Assembly (NCBI GenBank): GCA_048940925.1
Contig: JBHLOC010000004.1
Span: 96,554 to 160,553, forward strand
Source of the DNA: Promethearchaeota archaeon
GTDB taxonomy: Archaea; Asgardarchaeota; Lokiarchaeia; Sigyniarchaeales; SOKP01
DNA: 64,000 bases
Direction: 5' to 3'
Both the position numbers and the translations under genes were made by a program. Positions 59,430 through 64,000 of this stretch are shown one piece after another. The notes below the pieces were generated by a model. The model was not told the origin of the DNA. It was given only the letters and a program-made list of their open reading frames with translations, and searched no databases. Numbering within the stretch: the first letter of the stretch is position 1; the number at the start of each line of letters is the position of its first letter.

Positions 59430-59915
59430 ATGTTTTACAAAAAGATAAATAATGCGGATCTATGGAATAAAATTCAGAAACTAAGAGATTTAATCAAGTT
59501 AGATGAGAATTTTAAAGAGAGAAAGTGTTGGAATTGTGGTAAAGATCTAAATATTTACGATTTTTTAAGTGATAATGTTGATTTTTCTCCGGAATATATT
59601 TTAAAACTTTGGCAGTTTCCTATATTAGAGTTTCATTGTTGTGAATGTTTTAGAAATCTTAAAATAGATGAGTTAAAAAAAATTGAACAAGAACTAGAAA
59701 AAAGATATTGTTTATTCTGTAAATCTTCAATAGACATCTATAAGTTTAGTAAATATCATGATTATTTGAAAATTTATGAACTAAGAAATCTTTGGCTGGA
59801 TGAAAATTTTAAAGTATTTTGCGACAATCTATGCCAGCGTAAATATTATAAAATTTATTATGATTTTCTTAAGAAAAAAAATTTAAAAAAGCAGAATAAA
59901 TTAATCCAAAAATAA
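59430..59915 (+). CDS. Hypothetical protein with two tandem Cys-rich (Zn-binding) repeats
   Basis: R.CWNC...NIY.F...L.LW....EFHCCEC and R.CLFC...DIY.F...L..LW....VFCDNLC. Confidence 0.75.
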   Translation: MFYKKINNADLWNKIQKLRDLIKLDENFKERKCWNCGKDLNIYDFLSDNVDFSPEYILKLWQFPILEFHCCECFRNLKIDELKKIEQELEKRYCLFCKSSIDIYKFSKYHDYLKIYELRNLWLDENFKVFCDNLCQRKYYKIYYDFLKKKNLKKQNKLIQK

Positions 59916-59946
59916 AAGAATTATAAATGAAAATCAGATTAAGAAT

Positions 59947-61140
59947 TTATCCTCTCTTCTTTCCAAGATAGGGCATTGCATGTTCATATCCCTTCATCAC
60001 GAATCTTGAGATAATTATTCTTTGAACTTCACTTGTGCCTTCATAGATTTGGTATAACTTAGCGTCTCTAAATAGTTTTTCAACAGGATAAGTTCGAAGA
60101 TATCCATATCCTCCAAAAATTTGTATAGCTTCCGTAGTTACTTTCATAACTACGTCTGAAGCAAAAGCTTTAGCGATTGCTGAACTTAAATTATTATCCA
60201 TACCTTGATCTGCTTCCCATGCGGCTTTATATGTTAAGAGACGAGCAGCTTCAATATCTTTATACATTTCTGCAATCTTAAACTGAATAGCTTGATAATT
60301 TTCAATTGGTCTTCCAAAAACTTCTCTTTTTTTCGCATAATCGATTGAATATTCCATTGCTGAACGTGCACATCCAGTTGCAAATGCTCCAATCGCAGGA
60401 CGAGTATGAGCAAAGGTTTGCATTGCTAAAATAAAACCTCTACCTGGTCTAGCTAAGATATTTTCTTCAGGAATTCTGACATCTCTCAAAACGATGGAGA
60501 CGGTATTAGATGCCCTTTGCCCCAATTTTGGGATATGTTTCCCCAATTTTACGCCCTCACTTTTTGTATCAACTATAAAAGCACCTATACCCTTATGCTT
60601 TTTCTCAGGATCCTCTGTCGCAAATATAGTTATATAATCAGCGTGACCTCCATTTGTAATCCAAAATTTATTACCGTTTAAAATAAAATCATCTCCATCT
60701 TTAGTAGCAAGACATTTCATTCCAGCTACATCAGATCCCATACCTGGTTCAGAAGTTGCAAATGCTATAAGTTTAAATTCATTTATAAGTTTCGTTAATA
60801 TTCTTTGCTTCTGTTCTTCACTTCCACCAATAATAATTGGTTCTGCTCCTAGATTATTGTCAAAAACTGATGTTGCTATCCCGGGACATGCAGAAGATAT
60901 TTCCTCAACTATAATACATGAATCTAATAAACTCTTTCCTTGACCTCCATACTTTTTAGGAATCCCTGTATTTAACAATCCCTCTTCCCAAGCTTTTTTA
61001 ATAACATCTAAAGGAAATTCTTCTGATTCATCATATTTCTGGGCTACAGGTAAAACCTCTCTTATAGCAAATTCTCTTGCTTTTTTTTGTAACCCTTTTT
61101 GCTCTTCGGTTAGAGTAAATCCGATCAATTTAACTACCAC
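59947..61140 (-). CDS. Acyl-CoA dehydrogenase
   Basis: ATSEPGMGSD, LNGNKFWITNG, R..FGRPI...Q, GGYGY, RDAK..QIYEGT. Confidence 0.95.
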   Translation of the reverse strand: MVVKLIGFTLTEEQKGLQKKAREFAIREVLPVAQKYDESEEFPLDVIKKAWEEGLLNTGIPKKYGGQGKSLLDSCIIVEEISSACPGIATSVFDNNLGAEPIIIGGSEEQKQRILTKLINEFKLIAFATSEPGMGSDVAGMKCLATKDGDDFILNGNKFWITNGGHADYITIFATEDPEKKHKGIGAFIVDTKSEGVKLGKHIPKLGQRASNTVSIVLRDVRIPEENILARPGRGFILAMQTFAHTRPAIGAFATGCARSAMEYSIDYAKKREVFGRPIENYQAIQFKIAEMYKDIEAARLLTYKAAWEADQGMDNNLSSAIAKAFASDVVMKVTTEAIQIFGGYGYLRTYPVEKLFRDAKLYQIYEGTSEVQRIIISRFVMKGYEHAMPYLGKKRG

Positions 61141-62326
61141 CCATCTTTTCTATTAATTTATTAATGATTTCGTCAAAGTTTAAATCTTCTGGTTTTGGCA
61201 CAAATTTAATTTGAATTGTTTCTTCCATAACATCTATCTTGGTGGCTTTCAACACTTCAACTATTTCTTTAACTGCACCACCACCCCAGCCATAAGAACC
61301 AAATGCCATTCCAATTTTATCCATAGGTTTTAAGCCCTTTTGATATGAGATATATTCTGCTACTGTTGGAAATAGCCCATTATTTAATGTTGGACTCCCT
61401 ATTAAAATCGCTTTTGCTTTCATAGCTTCTGTTATTACGTCAGAATAATCTGCATTTGTCAGCCTAAATCTTTTTACTGAAATGCCTTTGTGACTTATTT
61501 GATCTGCTAAGGATTTAGCAATTTTTTCAGTACTGCCCCACATAGTATCATACACAATTAAAACACTATTCTCTTCAATTTCACCTTTACACCATTTTGT
61601 ATACGCTTCAACGATCTCCTTAATATTTGTTCTCCAGCAGACTCCGTGTGAAGGGCAAATTACATCTATAGGTAAAGCTCCTACTTTTGGCAAAGCTTTT
61701 GCTATAATCCCTGAGAGATGAAGTAATATATTTGCATAATACTTTTCTGCTTCCTGCATAACTTCACATAAATCATTTTCATCATCCCATCGTTTTGATG
61801 TCGCATAATGTTGTCCAAAAGCATCGTTAGAAAATAATACATTTTTACCATTTTCATCGGTCATAAAGGATACCATTGAATCTGGCCAATGTATCATAGG
61901 GATTGGCACAAATGTGAACTTTTTACCATTTCCAATGTCTAACGTATCCCCTTCTTTGACTGCTCTAATCCTGCTAAAAATATCGTCTTCAACTTCTTGA
62001 TGAAAATGAGCTCTTAACGCATCGACACCTCTTTCTGACGCAATTAATTCGGCATTTGGTAAATATTTAATGATAAGAGGAAACGATCCTGAATGATCCA
62101 TTTCCACATGATTCGTAATAAAATAATTGATTTCTAATGGATCACATACATCCTTTATATTTTTTAAGAAATGCTCAAAGTAAGGTCGTTTTACAGTGTC
62201 TATTAATACTGTATTTTCACCACTTTTCACAATATACGCATTATAGCTGCTTCCTTTATGTGTTGAATAGCCATGAAAATTTCTAACCTCCCAATCCACA
62301 TATCCAACATAATTGATATCTTTCAT
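61130..62326 (-). CDS. fprA: Flavodiiron protein FprA (start probably ATT at 62344)
   Basis: G.SYNAY, NHVEMDHSG, HWPDSM, SNDAFGQH, PSHG, YDTMWGST, GSPT, FGSYGWGG. Confidence 0.95.
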   Translation of the reverse strand: MKDINYVGYVDWEVRNFHGYSTHKGSSYNAYIVKSGENTVLIDTVKRPYFEHFLKNIKDVCDPLEINYFITNHVEMDHSGSFPLIIKYLPNAELIASERGVDALRAHFHQEVEDDIFSRIRAVKEGDTLDIGNGKKFTFVPIPMIHWPDSMVSFMTDENGKNVLFSNDAFGQHYATSKRWDDENDLCEVMQEAEKYYANILLHLSGIIAKALPKVGALPIDVICPSHGVCWRTNIKEIVEAYTKWCKGEIEENSVLIVYDTMWGSTEKIAKSLADQISHKGISVKRFRLTNADYSDVITEAMKAKAILIGSPTLNNGLFPTVAEYISYQKGLKPMDKIGMAFGSYGWGGGAVKEIVEVLKATKIDVMEETIQIKFVPKPEDLNFDEIINKLIEKMGGS

Positions 62327-62489
62327 TAATTCTAAGTGAGTAATTTTAATTTCACCTCTATTTTTTAAGGTTAATTTTGATGTTTTGATTATTAATTAAG
62401 GTCAAGTTAAAAAATTATATTCTATTAATTATAAAATTTATATTAAAGTAAGCAATAAAAAAAAATAAAAAAATAAAGAGATTAAATAG

Positions 62490-62627
62490 TTAATCAATCT
62501 TTTCAAACATATCTTTACCAACTCCGCAAACTGGGCACGTCCAGTCATCTGGTAAATCTTCAAACTTAGTACCTTCAGCTTCTTCGTCATAAATATATCC
62601 ACAGGCCTGACATTCCCATTTAGCCAA
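62490..62627 (-). CDS. Rubredoxin (not in ORF track; alternative ATG at 62639)
   Basis: [45 protein letters not shown]. Confidence 0.95.
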   Translation of the reverse strand: MAKWECQACGYIYDEEAEGTKFEDLPDDWTCPVCGVGKDMFEKID

Positions 62628-62800
62628 TTGTTGTCTCATCTCTTGCTGTTTTTTGAAAATATATAATTTTATGGATTGTAATTGAAAATATATTAAATAT
62701 ATTAATTTAATATTTTATAAATAGATCTAATTAAATTCACTATTTTTGCTTTTACGTTTTAAGCATTAAGAAAGAAAAAAAAGAAGTATTAGTAATTAAT

Positions 62801-64000
62801 TCATAATTTGAGTTCAAGAATTTTTTCTTGGTGGAATGTTACCTTATCTGGAGTCAAATCATAATATCTCCAAAAGACTATTGTTGCTAAAAGCATAAAT
62901 ATGGCTGGAATTAACGCGAACTGGATATGTACTCCCCATATTGCTGATCCTGGTTGTTCAGACAGAGGTTGTCCTTCCCTAAATCCTGTAATCGTTTGAA
63001 CTGATGCAAACACAATTGCTTGTACTAAAATTGCTAATCGACCAAAGAATTGTAAGAATCCATTAAAGATACCTTCTTGACGTATTTGAGTATTAACCAC
63101 TGATTCATCAATAACATCGCCTAATACTGGTGCTAACATTGTCCAGAATCCTCCAAGACTAAAACCCCATAGAATTAGTACTATAAAGGCCAGCGACACA
63201 GTATTAAGAAATACAAACGGAACGGTAAATATTGACAGTAGAAGGCTATTAATCAGCATGATTAATTTATTATTATTAGTTTTTCGAGCAATAACGGCCC
63301 ATAGTGGTGAGGAAATTAGTGCACCAAGAAGAAAGGCAGCAGATAATAAGGTTTGAATACTCACCTCTTCCCCTAAGACATACTCAACAAAAAAGGGGAT
63401 TGATGCTTGAAAACAAATAACAAGCGATCGGTATAATGTATAGGTAATTATAAAAAACAGAAATGATTTTTGCTTTAGAGATGTGTTAAGCGTTTTAAAG
63501 AAGGATGGGTTTTCTTTGAATTCATGTTTGTCGAGATAGCGGTTAATAGTTGCTTGATCCTCACGACAACCTGGAATTGAAAGCATTAAGACAATTATTC
63601 CAATTATTATTACTAAGCCTCCATTTATTATGTATGTAGTGGCAACATCGCGATTTATTATTAAAGGTGGTATTAAAGCCCCAAAAGCAATCCCAATAAT
63701 TCCAACTGGAGTTTGCAAGCCTGTTGCTTTTCTGCGTTCATCTACTGAACGAAATTTGTCTGGAAAAAGAGCTGAAAAGTTCACAAAAAAAATTGAATTA
63801 AATGTATCAAAAATGCATGTAGACGCTACAAACCAAATGAAAAAAATCCAAGCCCCTGATTCCGGATCTACATTTGGAAGAAATACTGTAGGAGAGAAAA
63901 CAAATATATAACTAATAATATATAAAAATCCACCGATCATTACCCATGGAAATCTTCTGCCCCATTTTCTTGTGAACTTAAAGGGTCTATTTGTTAAATA
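62801..64000 (-). CDS. MFS transporter, GPH (MelB-like) family; 5' end outside window
   Basis: GRRFPW just inside the edge, LFPDKFRS..ERR, DVIDE...RQEGIF, YDLT; many TM helices. Confidence 0.88.
   Translation of the reverse strand, partial: YLTNRPFKFTRKWGRRFPWVMIGGFLYIISYIFVFSPTVFLPNVDPESGAWIFFIWFVASTCIFDTFNSIFFVNFSALFPDKFRSVDERRKATGLQTPVGIIGIAFGALIPPLIINRDVATTYIINGGLVIIIGIIVLMLSIPGCREDQATINRYLDKHEFKENPSFFKTLNTSLKQKSFLFFIITYTLYRSLVICFQASIPFFVEYVLGEEVSIQTLLSAAFLLGALISSPLWAVIARKTNNNKLIMLINSLLLSIFTVPFVFLNTVSLAFIVLILWGFSLGGFWTMLAPVLGDVIDESVVNTQIRQEGIFNGFLQFFGRLAILVQAIVFASVQTITGFREGQPLSEQPGSAIWGVHIQFALIPAIFMLLATIVFWRYYDLTPDKVTFHQEKILELKL

Noticed and set aside
484-63911. Short antisense or overlapping ORFs in the track (e.g. 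886-1380, 13848-14153, 44501-44686, 46648-46995, 63630-63911)
   Set aside because: They lie opposite or within well-supported genes and show no motifs
1-64000. CRISPR array, rRNA, intact IS
   Set aside because: No regularly spaced direct repeats, no long GC-rich rRNA-like tract and no transposase ORF seen

Overview
AT-rich archaeal chromosomal segment, most consistent with an Asgard archaeon of the Lokiarchaeia type. This is inferred from roadblock and longin/uDENN-like proteins, a SNAP-like TPR protein, rps26e, CdhE and archaeal information-processing genes. Core content: tRNA-Gly(TCC); a nep1-rnp4-yhbY / rps19e-PDCD5-rpl39e-rpl31e-eIF6-rplX-pfdA-ftsY-secE block; dnaG; ahcY; archaeosine genes (arcS, RaSEA); gar1-tfb; a CbiMQO ECF transporter; trmY; rps26e; cdhE; rnz; a TusA-DsrE-IscS-IscU / CoA-persulfide reductase sulfur cluster; and an oxidative-stress cluster (rubrerythrin, SOR, FprA, rubredoxin). 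Main observations: (1) a tandem Lrp/AsnC regulator with a TBP half-domain inserted between its two Lrp units; (2) three unannotated intergenic structured-RNA candidates (about 26.9-27.2 kb with RNase P S-domain-like motifs but no canonical catalytic core, 39.5-39.8 kb, and 50.1-50.25 kb); (3) an Fe-S/sulfur-relay operon whose IscS has Asp in place of the PLP-binding Lys and whose IscU is fused to a degenerate thioredoxin-reductase NADPH domain; (4) ATT/ATA initiation, including rps26e; (5) many small gene relics and junction palindromes. No CRISPR array, rRNA or intact transposase was seen. All family calls come from motif recognition by eye; no searches were run.
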